A stretch of DNA of 63,035 bases, counting the filler, from Octopus bimaculoides (lineage: Eukaryota): NCBI RefSeq assembly GCF_001194135.2. It is 3 parts of 3 records of this genome, joined end to end, with 100 filler letters (N's around TTAATTAATTAA, not from the genome) between each part and the next. Parts side by side here need not be neighbours in the genome. Positions count along the whole stretch, not along the records: positions 1 to 31,182 come from NC_068985.1; 2 more parts are not named here. The stretch is one strand, 5' to 3'. Below, in pieces: positions 1 to 16,146 of this stretch (within the stretch, counting starts at the first letter, position 1; the number at the start of each line of letters is the position of its first letter). Both the position numbers and the translations under genes were made by a program. A model generated the notes under the pieces. The model searched no databases. It had not been told where the DNA came from and was given only the letters and a program-made list of their open reading frames with translations.

Positions 1-389
1 GATGTATCAATACCAACAGATGACAACTTTTCTCTAAAAGAAATGGAAAAACTTTCAAAATACAAAGACCTGGAAATAGGGGTAACCCGAATATGGAATC
101 TAAAAACAGAAACAATTCCTATCATAGTAGGTGCCTTAGGTATAATAAAAAAAATATTCAGACAAATACATAACAAAAACAACAGGATTTACAAATATAT
201 ATAACATACAGAAAAATGCACTACTGGGCACTGCACACATCCTACGCAAATCACTTTCAATACAGTAACCATAAGAGCACCACAGCAAACCACAGCACAT
301 ACCCAAGGTGCACAGAGCTGCGCACGGTAGTGAAGTGAAAGCACGTTATAAAAATAAAACAACTGAACAATAATAATAATAATAATAAT
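1..389 (+). mobile_element. 3' end of RLE-type (R4/Dong-like) non-LTR retrotransposon, copy 1, with (AAT)n tail
   Basis: Frame 1 reads DVSIPTDDNFSLKEMEKLSKYKDLEIG...PIIVGALG; after a frameshift it reads NIQKNALLGTAHILRKSLSIQ* (stop 266-268). A 3' UTR and an (AAT)n tail at 369-389 follow. Confidence 0.85.
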
Positions 390-2229
390 GACCTCAAAAC
401 GAAATTTTACCACGCCATAGAATGTCTATCGTAAGACATTTGACAATGTCCCACATGGTTGGATCTTGCAGACACTAAATGTATACAAGCTCTTTCTTTT
501 CATAAAAGGCTTTCTACAGGACAGTATGGGACTGTGAGACACAAAATAGTTTCTCAACCTGAGAAAGTCTGGTATGTAATAGAGGACAACAAAATAGAAC
601 GTGGAGTATTCCAGGGCGATTCACTCTTCCCTCTCTTCTTCTGGCGCTTCCTCATTCCCTTGTTCCACGTGCCGAATAGAATAAATCACGGGTACAAAAT
701 GTTTGTCAAGTTAATCTCACGCTTTCTCTACGTCAATGATCTGAAATTATATGCAAACGATGACAAAAACCTGAAAGGGCTCCTAATAACAATAAAAACA
801 TTCAGCGATGACAAATATGGAATTTGGCCTTGACATGTTGCAAAAGCTTCGTTCAAACTTGGTAACCTGGGAACTAATACTACGACACAACTTGATCATG
901 ATACATCTATCAAGGTCCTGCATCAAGAAGGTTTTATATTTTGATGTAAATGAAGGGAAAGGCATTCAACAGGGATGAATAAAATACATCAGTAAAGTGT
1001 ATAAATGACGTGTCAGAATGGTTCTGAAGTCTGTGCTGAACTTCTAGATTAGAAGTACTTCTATAAACAACCTGGCGGTAGCAGTTGTCCATTTTGGCCT
1101 TAATGTCATCAATGGGACTCCAGCGTATAGAAATAAAGACCAGGAAACTGCTGACACTAAACAGGTTGCACCACCCAGAATCAGACGTCCGCAGGTTCTA
1201 TCTTCGACCACAGGAAGGCGATAAAGGACTAATCCAAATTGAGACGCCCATAAAACGCCCGCATTAGGACTCCAAGTGTACCTCGAAAGTAAAATCGACT
1301 GGATGATATAGCTGGTAAGGCAACACGAACAGAGTAAGAAATTGAACTCACACGCGAAAGAGGCATATAAATACAGACCAGGAAGCAGCAAAAATTTATA
1401 AAGCCAAACAGGAGAGCTTAGAGATAATATCGAGACTGTGGCAAGCAAAACCATTTCATGGACAATACTCCAAACGAGCTGGGGAAGCTGATGCAGATAT
1501 GAGAAGAACTCATTAGTGGCTGCAGAGTGCTGGTTTGAAAGCCGAAACAGAAGAATTTATCATAACGGCACAGGTTACGAGTCTCCTGACGCGGAACTGT
1601 CAAGCTAATGTCTACACTTTAGACTCTGAAAAGGACAAAGTGGAAAGTATTGACCACATTGTTACCGGTTTCTCAGTCCAAGGCACTATAGCATGTAGAT
1701 CCAAGCATGGTCTTGTTTGCCAATACTTGACCTGGAGCGTATGCCGTCATAATGATATCCCGCAACCTAAGAACTAGTATGAACACCATCCAGAGACAGT
1801 CATTGAGGAAGAGAACGTTACCATCCTATGGGATTATGGGTATATATACAGACAGGCAAATAAATGAAAACAGGCCAGGCATCGTCATCAAAGACATAAG
1901 AGGAAAAACATGACTGTTAACTGATATGACCGTGCCTGCATATCAGCAAAGGAATTGGAAAACTGTTGAAATATAAGGAGCTTGAGATTGAAATATCTAG
2001 GACAAGGCAACACCCCCATTGTTGTAGGTTCCATGGGAATGAACAAGAAAGATAGTGAAACATGTTTCAACAGATCCCTAGGAAACAAACAACCTATGAG
2101 ACTCAAAGGCTTGTGTTGACATCGACCGCTCACATTCTCTGGAACTTCCTCTCCCTCTAATATATACTTGCCTAAGGTCACTATTTGAGACACGGTCAGA
2201 AGATGAAATAAAATGTAAGTCAATTGGAA

Positions 2230-2317
<88 letters not shown>
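390..2317 (+). mobile_element. 5'-truncated, decayed RLE-type (R4/Dong-like) non-LTR retrotransposon, copy 2
   Basis: RT motifs YRKTFDNVPHGWIL, RGVFQGDSLFPL and LYVNDLKLY; zinc-knuckle remnant ESIDHIVTG; RLE motif ENRPGIVIKD...DMTVP...KYKELEIEI and PIVVGSMG. Long (AAT)n tail at ~2230-2316. Multiple stops and frameshifts. Confidence 0.85.
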
Positions 2318-3645
2318 GAATTAAATAGCTTTAGCATGAAAAAATGGAAAGTAGATCTCTACTCAGGTTACGCACTCTTAGGGAAAGTTAATATCAGAAG
2401 AGGAATTTTCCAAGGGGACTCGTTGTCCTCTTTTATGTTTGTCGTATTTTGATCCCTCTCAGTTTAGTATTAAGGAAGGCAAAGGCAGGGTATCAGTTCA
2501 GAAATAGTAAGAGAGAAATCAACCACGTGCTCTACATGGATGATCTGAAGATTTTTTAGTAAGGATAAAAAATAGATAGATTCCTTAATGGCATAGATAG
2601 GTGTACAATATTAGTCATGAGAAGGGAGCAGGTTGTCAACAATGAAGGCTTTCAGTTACTAGATAGACAGACATTAAAATCATTGAAAGGAGGAGAGAGA
2701 GAGAGTTATAAGTATCTAGGAGCATTAGAATCTGACAAGGTACTAACTACAAAAATGAAAACGAAATTTGAGGAGTACATCAGAAGGGTGATGAAGCTAA
2801 TGAAGTCATATCTAAATCGTCCAAATCAAGTGAAAGATGTAAATACTTGACCCGTATCATTACTTAGACACTCAACAGCTCTTGTAGATTGGATAAAAAC
2901 TGAATTAGCAAAGTTAGACATAAGGGCTAGGAAGAAATTATTTATGAATGAAGGACTAAGAATCCAATGTGAATGGATGCAATATGAATGCCAACCAAGA
3001 GCAGGAGTAACAAGATTATACCTACCTGGAAAGGAGGGTGTAAAAGGTTTAATATCAATAGAAGACTGTGTGGAATTAGAGGAGATATCGACTCTTACGT
3101 AGGTAATAGTGAAGAAAGTTTATTAAGAGCTTCTGGAGTCACAACATGACATAGGGAAACCAAAACACCGATCTTAAAAACCAGAAAAAAGAATATAAAT
3201 TGACTGACTAACAGGAGATGTTGCCTGGTAGAATTCCAAAGATAGTTGCAATAAGTAGAAGTAGTAGTGAACATGGTTCTGGTTGCAGAAAGGAAAGCTG
3301 AAGAGAGAGACAGAAAGTTTGTTACTAGCTGCAGAAGATCAAACATTAAGTATTAAAAAACCATGATAGAAACACCAAGTAGATTCTGAATGTAGTTTAT
3401 GTAAATCGAAAGAGGACAGAATTATGCAGATAATAACTGAATGTATCCTGCTGGTACAGAAAGAATACAAGAAAGAAATGACAATCTACAGCGTGTAATC
3501 CACAATGTAGAAAGCTAGGATTTTAACATACTGATAAATGGTATGAATATGAACCTAGTAAATACTAGAAATGAAGAAATATAAGAGACTGTGTGACTTC
3601 AACATTCAGATTGACAGAGTAATAGAAGCTAGAAGGCCTGATTTG

Positions 3646-3712
<67 letters not shown>

Positions 3713-4073
3713 ATTAAGAGAATAGAAACTGCCTGATAATTGACTTTACAGTCACAAATAATGAAAACATTAATGAGAAGTATAGAGAAAATAGCAAAGT
3801 ACCGGGACCTAGCTATTGAATTACAAAGACTATGGAAGTGCGGTTAAATGTATCCCAGTACTACAGCAAAAAATGTTATTAGGGACAGCTAGGATACCTA
3901 GGAGTGTTCTTGGCATCTAATGCTACTTGTTTTAGCCCGATAGGATGATTCATCTAACCCGATGTTAGGATTTTTTTCTTTTCCAGCAATGAAATCTGTT
4001 TAGTTTATATGAAAATAATAACAACGACAACAACAACAACAACAACAACAACAGCAGCAACAACAACAATAAT
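2318..4073 (+). mobile_element. 5'-truncated, decayed RLE-type (R4/Dong-like) non-LTR retrotransposon, copy 3 (different subfamily)
   Basis: RRGIFQGDSLSS, HVLYMDDLKIF, YKYLG, zinc knuckle CSLCKSKEDRIMQIITEC, RRPDLV...CLIIDF, ELQRLWK and LLGTARILRSVL. (AAC/AAT)n tail at ~4014-4073. Confidence 0.85.
3646..3711 (+). repeat. (GTA)22 microsatellite inside the RLE PD motif of copy 3
   Basis: 22 in-frame GTA codons between RRPDL and D*ENRNCLIIDF. Confidence 0.9.
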
Positions 4074-4086
4074 GCTTATTGTTCAT

Positions 4087-4270
4087 AGGTAGCGAGGTGG
4101 TAGAATCTTTAGTACGCTGAGCTATATGCTGGTTTGAAATCATTGCCCATAGGTCGGCTGCTGACTTTCATCCTTTCAGGATCCAGAAAATAAGTACCAG
4201 TTTAATACAGCAGCTCAGTGTAATCCGCTAATCACCTTCCACGACATTGCTCATCTTGTGCCAAAATTTT
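4087..4270 (+). mobile_element. tRNA-derived SINE, family B (Deu/Nin-like central domain)
   Basis: A-box-like head followed by gactttcatcctttcaggatccagaaaataagtaccag; homologous to 6085 and 15995. Confidence 0.65.
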
Positions 4271-6084
4271 ATATAAATAATCCTTATTGTTCGTGTTATC
4301 TCCAGTATATTTAAGAGAATACAAAATGTGCGTTTTGCATGAAAAGAGAAGTAAACTATCAACACAAATGTTTCGTTATGATATTATTCCAAGATTATGG
4401 ACACCCAGAGAGCCGAGTAATCATCCTGTTTAAGGTGGCGTTCAGTGGTTTATTTGCACTGGCAGAATGTAAATCAATTCACTCGATTTATGCTAAGTAC
4501 ATGTCAATAGTTTTAGTCCGGTTTAGTACCCACCTCGAGATGCTTACACTGTTCCCATTTGTTCTTCAATTCTAAGTATAACCGTTGATTGGAAATTGGA
4601 ATCTGATGATGTTTTGTTCACAAATACTAGTAAATAAATAAATGACTGTTTACAGATGCTTCTATAGCATTCATCACACACACATTCTTTGAAATATTCA
4701 CCCATTCAATGTAAAACAACACGCGCTTCCCGACCAAAGAAAGGTGGATCATGAAAGTTACCTGATATATTAGTCATGTACACCACTACAGCAGTTTGAC
4801 AAAAGTCTTCACGTTAGCAATGGTCGAGTGCGTGAAGAACGGCTTCATCTAGGACTACTCATGCCCGAGCGAATGTGTGTACGTCATCGACCAAATGAAA
4901 ATGAAATTTCGTTGCAGAAGATAAACCACCTACCCAACAGATCACGTTTATTCTACAAAAGACCAAAAACGTGGTCGTCAATATCTTTGAGCGGACGTTA
5001 ACGGATGCCAAGCTCTACGCTGAGAAAGTTATATAAGTCTAACACGATTTATTTGTTTACAATATCTTCACACATTTTTGATGATAGTATCAACACAAGC
5101 TATTTTTGAATGAGATTTACTACTCTGCACATAATCTCATCCCAGTTCATATGCATTGGAGGACCGAGCCAAAGGGTACTACTACAATTTAAAGGGAATT
5201 TAACGGTGAAGCTCGGTGAAGCTCGGTGATGTTGGCTGTTGCATGTCTTGTGATTTGCTCAGTTGGTTGCTTTCTAGATGAAGTTTATGCTGTCTGGATA
5301 TGTAACAGCAGTCCACTGTGGGACGTATCTATGATTTCAAAGCTGTCAATAATTGGCCGTGGTCCGAAATTTTGCATCGATGTTTAATATACAGTATGCT
5401 TTCTCTGAAAAAGAGCCTCTCTGGGATACCTTTCAGTGGGGCTAATGGGAAAGGGGATGAGCATACTGGTTGATATGCGGGGGGGGGGGTGATGCTGCAA
5501 GAAACACGATTTGTATATCCACGTTGGAGAATGAATTTAAATTTACTCTTCAGGAAGTCGGTACCTACAGTTTAGACATCATGTCATGATCAATAGTTGG
5601 AGCAGTCTGAGAAGTAACCGATAGTAGTTTCATTTGCACAATACTAGGTGATGTGGTCTTGATGACCTGGAAGCTGTCGATATATGAAAAAAGACTGTGA
5701 GATGAACTTGAGATTTACTATATAAGGATACATAATATATCGTATATAGTGACAAAATTTCTTCGAATTAAATGATAAACTTCTGGAATAGACAACAAAC
5801 GAATCTTTTTTACAATACAAGTAAAATATGTACGAACATGTAAAACACAGAAATAATAAGGTAGATGATGTGGAATATATAATGTGATTGCTGTACATAA
5901 GCTTTTTCCTCAAGTATACCAGTGTTCATGCTGATGGTTTCTGAAGTACTTTTGTGCATAACTTAGGGTGATATAAAAAGAAAAGTTAGAGAATACTTTG
6001 TAAAGTATTGTAGCAAACAATAAATGTTGTTGTTCTGTTTTCATCTGAGTTTTTGAATCAAGGCCGTGAATCATCAGCAAACGA

Positions 6085-6255
6085 CCCAATATGCTTCCGT
6101 CCTAACGTTCTGAGTTCAAATTGTCCCCGAGGTCGACTTTGCCTTTCATCCTTTTGCGGACGATGAAACCAGTAACCGTTCAATACTGGGGTCAATCTAA
6201 TCAACTAAAACTCTTCCTAGAAAGTGCTGGCCGTATACCAGCTCTGAAATTAATG
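6085..6255 (+). mobile_element. tRNA-derived SINE, family B
   Basis: gttctgagttcaaat B-box-like, then gaggtcgactttgcctttcatcctttt...ctggggtcaat. Confidence 0.7.
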
Positions 6256-6324
6256 TAAGCTCTTCCTAAGTTTCTCATAAAACAGCTTCATGTAGGAACG
6301 TAGTGCATGTATTGAATGCGATGA

Positions 6325-6352
6325 GATCTATCTATGTATCTATCTATCTATG

Positions 6353-6410
<58 letters not shown>

Positions 6411-6440
6411 ACTGTCTGTCTGTCTGTCTATTTATCTATA
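6325..6440. repeat. (TCTA)n microsatellite
   Basis: Direct tandem TCTA/TCTG units. Confidence 0.9.
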
Positions 6441-6965
6441 CGCACATGCGTGTGTTTCATTGTGAATGAATCCATGTATTCAACACATATATACATACAT
6501 ATATACGCACATATATATAGAATTATATATATATATAAAGAAATATATATGTATACATACATACAACTAAATGTGTGTGTATATATACATATGTGTAGAT
6601 ACATGCATACAAATGGGTATATNNNNNNNNNNNNNNNNNNNNNNNNNNNNNNNNNNNNNNNNNNNNNNNNNNNNNNNNNNNNNNNNNNNNNNNNNNNNNN
6701 NNNNNNNNNNNNNNNNNNNNNNNNNNNNNNNNNNNNNNNNNNNNNNNNNNNNNNNNNNNNNNNNNNNNNNNNNNNNNNNNNNNNNNNNNNNNNNNNNNNN
6801 NNNNNNNNNNNNNNNNNNNNNNNNNNNNNNNNNNNNNNNNNNNNNNNNNNNNNNNNNNNNNNNNNNNNNNNNNNNNNNNNNNNNNNNNNNNNNNNNNNNN
6901 NNNNNNNNNNNNNNNNNNNNNNNNNNNNNNNNNNNNNNNNNNNNNNNNNNNNNNNNNNNNNNNNN

Positions 6966-8842
<1,877 letters not shown>

Positions 8843-10399
8843 TTGTGTGCGTGTGCATGTATGTGTCCGACGTTCTTCTGTAGAGCGCCTGTCTACTGAA
8901 TTTCACTCACAACGATTTCGTTTTCCGAAGCTAAGGTGGAAGACACATTTTATACACTACCAGTGTCGAATCGAACCCGAACTGGCATGTTTGCTCCGCC
9001 TTCTTTTGAACGACCAATACTTATATGCGTTAGAAGTTACCGTTGCCTATATATGAAAACACATTCATATGTATGAATGCTTATGTATGTATGCGTTTGT
9101 GTATTACTCATTTCGTTGCCTAAGGGGATTTCTACAAGATAGATTAATAAAAATGTTGTAAATGTAATTAAGAAAACGGCTATAAAAAGATGAATTCCCT
9201 AAACTCACAAACTATTCGTTGATATTTCTAATACTAACTCTTAATAACTATTGAATATAATGCTTTATGAGGTAGCATCCAATCATTTCTAATGTTTCTT
9301 CATTAGGAAATGAGAATGCATTAAAATTAAAAAAGAGACATATTTCAAATCTTGTATAATGGAAGGGTTAGGGTTAGGGTTAGGTGTCCGTTCACTGATC
9401 TCTTGTGATTATTAATTGCTTTTTGTGAAACATCTAAAAGTTATCGTGCTTAAAGGCCATTATAATTTCTATAAAGAAATTTATATTATTAAGTATATTT
9501 AATTGTATACAGAATGAAATATACATTCAGTTCAAGGGTCCTAGCATCAAATTAATTTTCCTGTTAAAGTAGCTTAATAAATCCTTCTTGAACAGCAACA
9601 TCACTTCCTTGGGTTTAAGACTACCACCTAGCCCATGTGTGTATTTACCTCTATTGGAAGGTTTTAAACCAATGTCCAAGCAAATGCACTACGGCGATCG
9701 CAATTCTTGTGACACTGGTCTCATCCCACTCACTTCCAACCGTGATGGAGACAGCCACGCTTATCTCTCTCCGTTCTTAACAATAGTCAGTATGTTTCAT
9801 TTTTTTTTTCGAGACTAGATGTACTGAAAGCTCACTTTTCTACGCCACTCAATTTTAATTTTTTACCTTCGAGAAAACTGACAGAAGCAGTTTCTAATTT
9901 TTTTTAACATTCAACATGAAGCGATCGTTCGACGTTGTCTGGCTAGGAAATCTGTAAAAACTTCACTATTCAAGAATCTCCCCCATCCTCACACCATGTC
10001 TCTGATCGGTGTCTTTCCCTCAGATTGCAACCTCTTCTAGTATATAGATTTCTCTTTGACTAACGCTACTAACAACCAATTCTAATTGCACCCTAACGTT
10101 CAGTTTTCTTTTTCTTATCATTCCTCCTGTACATCAATGATTAAATTGCCATCACAACCCGCAACACCCATTTCCACACAAATATCACCTTTCATTCTTC
10201 CATAAATATTTCTACCTAAGCTTCATCCACATGCAGGCTAGACATCTCTCAATATATGTGCAGTAAATGTATGAATTAAAACGTCTCAAACTTATTCCAA
10301 TGGGGTCATGCCAATCTTGTCTCAACAAAATGCTCAGACATTCCACATATGAATAATACATGATCGCTCCTCGCCCTTTTTAAACATAAAAAAATTCGC

Positions 10400-10920
10400 A
10401 ACAAAGTCTCACTATCACTGAGGTGTATTTGTCTGGTGAAGGCTCATCCTTAACATTACGAAGATTGCAGACTAGAATATTCTTTCACCCGCATTATCTA
10501 TGGATACTTTTGAAATTCATGTGAAGCTGATAATAGAGTATTGTGCCCACCTATGTGACTGTGGTGTTATACACACACGGATATCGATATCATGCAGAGA
10601 AAGGCCAGTCAGCTAACTGGTTTTAAGTTACTTACAAACACACTCAAATTTCTACACAACAAATTGCTGTCTCCCTTGGCTGAAATCAATACTTCTTATT
10701 TTGTTTTTTTCTCAGTGGTACCGGGTCGTATATAGCCGTTTTAGGCAATTTTAGTTTCGTACTCTTTGCTCATATCTTTCTCCATGAGTCGACTGGCATC
10801 ATCTAAGCGCAGTGTAAACAGTATCCCCTAAGAAGGTACACAGTCCTTTACTTTGGATCAAACTCATTAAAAATATGATTAAAATTACATTTATTCAGCT
10901 GTACATGAACTTGTGTGCCA
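10400..10920 (+). mobile_element. Possible highly decayed CR1/L2-group LINE 3' fragment
   Basis: Remnant KLIIEYCAHL...DIMQRKASQL resembles the post-RT LEYC..W motif. Heavily disrupted. Confidence 0.3.
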
Positions 10921-11603
10921 TGAATATGTTCATTATAAAGAAAAACGAAAAATGAGAAGTTAGTCATCTTCTGCGGCGACAAAAACTAAACATTCATAAT
11001 AATCGGATTGTTCAATCTTCATCATAAAGTTCGGTCATCATTTACATGGACAGAAGAAAAGCTTCGTCGATACATATATAGATAAAGAATTTCAACTACA
11101 TGCAATAAACAGAAGCTAATTACGTACATTCAAAAGTAAAATGTGCTATTTTTCTTTGGTTAAGTACTCAGCTTTCCTCATTTTTGTGAGTGCAATGTGA
11201 ATTAACATCCATCAGTGACTGGATTCGATGCTATTATGTTGTTCTGAAAAAGGAATTTCGTGAGAACACGGAAATAGTTTCAGAACATTCCAAAAATAAA
11301 TATTGCGAAAGACAGAAAATGAATGACAGGTGAACAGCTACAAAGAAAATATCCCATAAAGTTTAATTCTGTGACTGCTGATTTTGGTTATGCAACATGA
11401 GAATATGTACTTGCGTATGTATTTATATGCCTATGTATATGTGAATGTTGTACATATATGTACATATATATTTGCAAGTGCGTGTGCATAAATATTTATG
11501 TAAAATTTAGCACATGGTGTCCACACACATTTACACACACACACACTCACATACATACACATACATCGTACATCTGTGAGTGTGTATGTACATGTATATA
11601 TAC

Positions 11604-11646
<43 letters not shown>

Positions 11647-11710
11647 TGTATGTGTGTGTGCGTGTATCTGTGTAATTATGTTTGTACGAATATAAGTATG
11701 TATACTAGTA

Positions 11711-11751
<41 letters not shown>

Positions 11752-12152
11752 ACTACATCCGAATATGTATGTAAAAGAATCACGTTGAACAGCAAAATAT
11801 CAGTGAATTTTTTTGAAAGAAAGATTAAAATTATTTCCAGAGCATCAGAACCTCCAACAGAAATGCACCAGATTATACAGAAAGCGATTTAAAAGACAAC
11901 ATATTTCCACCGAAGGTTAAGTTTATTAAGTATTGCAGCTATTTCGTATTTGTTAGTGCATTGTGAGCGGCTCACTCATTTTGAAACGCGCTTTACTTTA
12001 TTAACGGAACAGATGTAACCGTTGGGTGTAGCGTATTCGATAAGATGAATAATTTTCGCAGATTATATTTATTACACGGAGAAAAGATGGAGGAATTTCT
12101 CATTGTTGTACATACATACATACGTACATACATACGTACATACATGCGTGTG

Positions 12153-12254
<102 letters not shown>

Positions 12255-12970
12255 GAAGTCATAAGAATTTTATTAACTTTCGATAGAACGTGACATTAAT
12301 CTTTTTCGGAATATTGTTTCTCGAAGCATATAACACAGAGCATGAAAATATTAGTTTGAAAACTCCTTTTGGATAGAACGTTGAAGTTGGCCTGTGGGGC
12401 ACAAACATACATCTGTCAACATAACATGTATTCTAACACTCAAGAGACCAGGATACACAACACAGCAGGTGGACACTATTATTTTATAGACACAAAAGAA
12501 TATATGCGATGTGAAATGTTTGTAAATCTTCTGAGAGCAATAAATATGTTTTGCGAAGCTGATACAGTACAATAATAAACTCACTTTATCGAATAAGCTA
12601 CATTCAAACTGTATTAATTTTTTAAACCTAAGCGATAACCGTATGTACAAACACACATACCCACCTCATATATATATATATATACAATATACTGTTCCAT
12701 GATAAAAGAATTCAACAAAAAAGTACTCCTTTAATTTTTACATTTTAGTTTTTTGTTTTCGTTTTCCGATTCTCTTTAACATTCCGCGTTTTCTATATGT
12801 AGCTATCTCAGATTTTTCGAGTTTTTTTCTCTTATTAAACTTCTTTTTACTTCGTTATGATAGATGTGTCATTTGTGTCTGATGAGTATGTTTGAGAAAT
12901 TTCTCAACATATGAAACTATTAGTAATATTTAAAGACATGTATTTTATTCTTTAAATGAATAATATATAT

Positions 12971-13262
12971 AGGTGCAAAAGTGGTTGTGTGGTAAATAGC
13001 TTGTGAGTGGATTTGGTAGACGGAAACTGGAAGTAGCCCGTTTTATATATATGTGCATGTTTGTGTGTCTGTGTTTGTCTCCCCGCCATCGCTTGACAAC
13101 CGATGTTGTGTTTACGTCCCCGTAAACTAGTGGTCCGGCAAAAGAAACCAGTAGAATAATTACTTTGCTCACATAGAATAAGTCCTGGGGTTAATTCATT
13201 CGGCAAAAAGCGGTGCTCTAGCATGGCCGCAGTCAAATGACTGAGACAAGTAAATGAATGAA
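12971..13262 (+). mobile_element. tRNA/CORE-like SINE, family A (internal deletion in head)
   Basis: gtgagtggatttggtagacggaaactg...ccatcgcttgacaaccgatg...ctagcatggccgcagtcaaatgactgagacaagtaa; shared with about 10 other copies in the window. Confidence 0.85.
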
Positions 13263-13288
13263 AATATATATATACACACACACACATA

Positions 13289-13338
<50 letters not shown>

Positions 13339-15364
13339 TACGTATGTATGTATATATGTATATCTATACGTGTGTGTGTCTCATAGGTAAAGTGTCTAAT
13401 ATTTGAATACTAAAATTGAAGTGCACGTAATGTAGAGAACGCAATGGTTCTTCTTTTCTGCTTTTTATGGAAAGAAGGATATCATTTTCTGATAATTTGT
13501 TTCATCGAAATTCATTAGATCCAATTTATCAAAATAAAAAAATAAATACATAAGAAGAATATAAAAAATACAGGTACTGAAACCAAGTTCAGCTCACTTA
13601 CATTGTTGGCTTTGTCATTCATTATTTGTCATGCATAATTCATTAAAATTGCTCTTTTATCCTACTTCTATTTACCACACCATTACTTGCTTAGCTACGT
13701 ACGTACACATACTCGCACGCCATACATGCATATACACTCGTACATACACGCATACAAGCTCACATTCACACACACACACACACAAATGCACAAGTTGCGG
13801 CAAGGTAAGAGGGCATGGGATTCGTTGGTCTTCACAAATATACCTGTAACTCTTATAGTTATTTGATGGCAAACGTGAGTAAATCATAAATTGAGTCTTT
13901 CAAATTTATACATATACACACACGAGCAAATTCATTGCTGGCTATTTAAGAATTTTGCTTTGTAATCATCTAATATTCGGGTCGATCCCATTTCGGGGCA
14001 TACTGAAAAAAATATATTAGCCATATTCTCACGTTGCCTCATTTTTTGGTCAATAAAACTGGGGAGACAAACACGATGGCAATCATTCTTTAATGTACAG
14101 TAGCTTTGTATAAAGGGGCTCTGTTGCTACATTGTGTCACTCGGATTCATTTTCTTGATTAAATTAATCGTTTAAGACCCTGTTGGATGCCCAACCTCGT
14201 ACATTTACATCTGATACATGAAGATGTGCATTTTATCAAATTGTGTTTTGCCTCTTCCTTCTCCAGTGAGCCAACAATTTTATCGAGAATAAATATGAGT
14301 GCCAAAGTATTTCCTGTATTATAAATCTATTAAATTCTTATAGGATTTTAAGGACATTTTCTTAATATCCTATGTATTATCATTATCGCCATTGTCGTCC
14401 TCGTTGTTGTGTTTATTATTGTTTAGCTCCAAATTATCCCTGATTGAGCTGACTTAAAAGCTATTCAAGCCGTTGACGTCTTGACGTGCTGTATATCTTG
14501 GTCTGTATTTGCCATGCATTTTTTTAAAAAATAGATGGGTATATTTTGAGAGATACGAGATATTAAAAAGACGGCCACAAATATCTACAATTTCTGAATA
14601 TTTTCATGCAAATTTGTTGAGTAAAAGAAAACTGACGTTATAATTTGTGTGTGTGTGTGTTTGCGTGTGTGCGTGCGCATGTGCGTGTATATCTGCGTGT
14701 GTTTGTTTGTGTATGTGTGTGTTTGTGCGTGATTGTGTGTGTGTGTATGTGTTTGTTTGTGCGTGATTGTGTGTGTGTGTGTATAACTGTTTGCGTGTTT
14801 CTGTGTGTTTGCGACCAGTATGGAAAAATATGATAGTACTGTCTAGAGAATGAATAACCAGAGAAGAATTAGCGTTGAGCTGCAATTGTTAGGTTGATTG
14901 AATATATTTTATGAATATGTAACTACATATAGCAACGTACAGACATATATACCAACGAACATATACAACCACACACATATACATATGCATATATTCACAT
15001 ATACATTGGCTTATACAAATATACACACACATATATATTTGCATACACACATTATATATAAGAATCATCATACTTATATATGTGTGTAAGTGTGTGTGTT
15101 TTTGACTAGATTATAAAAAGAACATCCATATTCATATAAATACTTACGCAAGCGTGTATAATAGCTGAACGCTGGTAAATTTCTGATGTGTTTTATACTC
15201 CAATTCTTTCAAAATCCTATGAAATATTTCACATTTGCTTTCATGTCAAATAAATCAACACTATGGATCGAATTAGCTAAGCTTCACTGCCTTTTATTTA
15301 AATATATTTACAAATACTTTTCGTCCCATACATATATTAGGCATATATATGTATATGCATACAT

Positions 15365-15452
<88 letters not shown>

Positions 15453-15994
15453 ATGTATAAATATGTATGTACTCATATGCAGACAGAGAGATGTGTGAGC
15501 CCATACATTCTTATATATGTTGCTGTGTTATCTTCGCTCATAAATGTGTCTAGTCATATATTATCAGTGTTCTCTTATCTCTCAGTAACCACGCTATATT
15601 GGTATGAAGGTATTGTAACCAGTTCCAATATATTAATTCCGTTTTGAATGCTATCGATAGAGGTTGATGCGCAACCAGACTGGGTGTGATTTGAAATCCG
15701 GTATTTGAGACAAAGGACTAAAGCCTTTATATCAATAAAGTCGCATGTTGTTTTCATAAGTTACTGTAACTTTCGCATTTCTAAACCTCGGGAGGTTTTT
15801 TTTTTTTTATTGTTTTCTTTTCACAAAATAGCAGCTAAATCTCACTCTGTCGTCATAAATAATACATTCTAAGATACTGAAAAGGGACGCCATTGTCTCG
15901 ACTGGATTTTATTTTACCACCCATTATTCGATCGTTGTTAGCTTGAAGTTAAATGGTTTCTTCGACACAAGGCTAGCTATTTTGGGAATACATC

Positions 15995-16146
15995 TGCTGC
16001 AGTTCTCATCTTGTACTTATTTTATCGACTTCGAAAGGATAAATGACAAAGTTGACATCGGCATAATTTAAAATTGCAACTTAAAAGACGGACAAAATCT
16101 CGCTGTGCATTGTGCCCGGTGTGCTAACGATTGTGCCAGCTCGCCG
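15995..16146 (-). mobile_element. tRNA-derived SINE, family B
   Basis: Reverse complement reads cggcgagctggcacaatcgttagcac...gatgtcaactttgtcatttatcctttcgaagtcgataaaataagtac. Confidence 0.7.

Noticed and set aside
4780-5040. Protein-like short frames (VFTLAMVECVK..., QQITFILQKTKNVVVNIFERTL)
   Set aside because: Broken by stops and a frameshift, and I recognise no family; probably a TE relic.
9366-9385. Short (TTAGGG)3 tract; similar degenerate tract at ~61290-61325
   Set aside because: Too short to call interstitial telomeres; probably parts of dispersed repeats whose boundaries I could not define.
12878-12910. CTGATGA...GAAA word pair
   Set aside because: No stem II or stem I pairing; chance occurrence in AT-rich DNA.
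14267-14308. Possible micro-exon (ccttctccAG...ATGAGTGCCAAA|gtattt)
   Set aside because: Splice-like words alone are too common to support an exon without transcript data.
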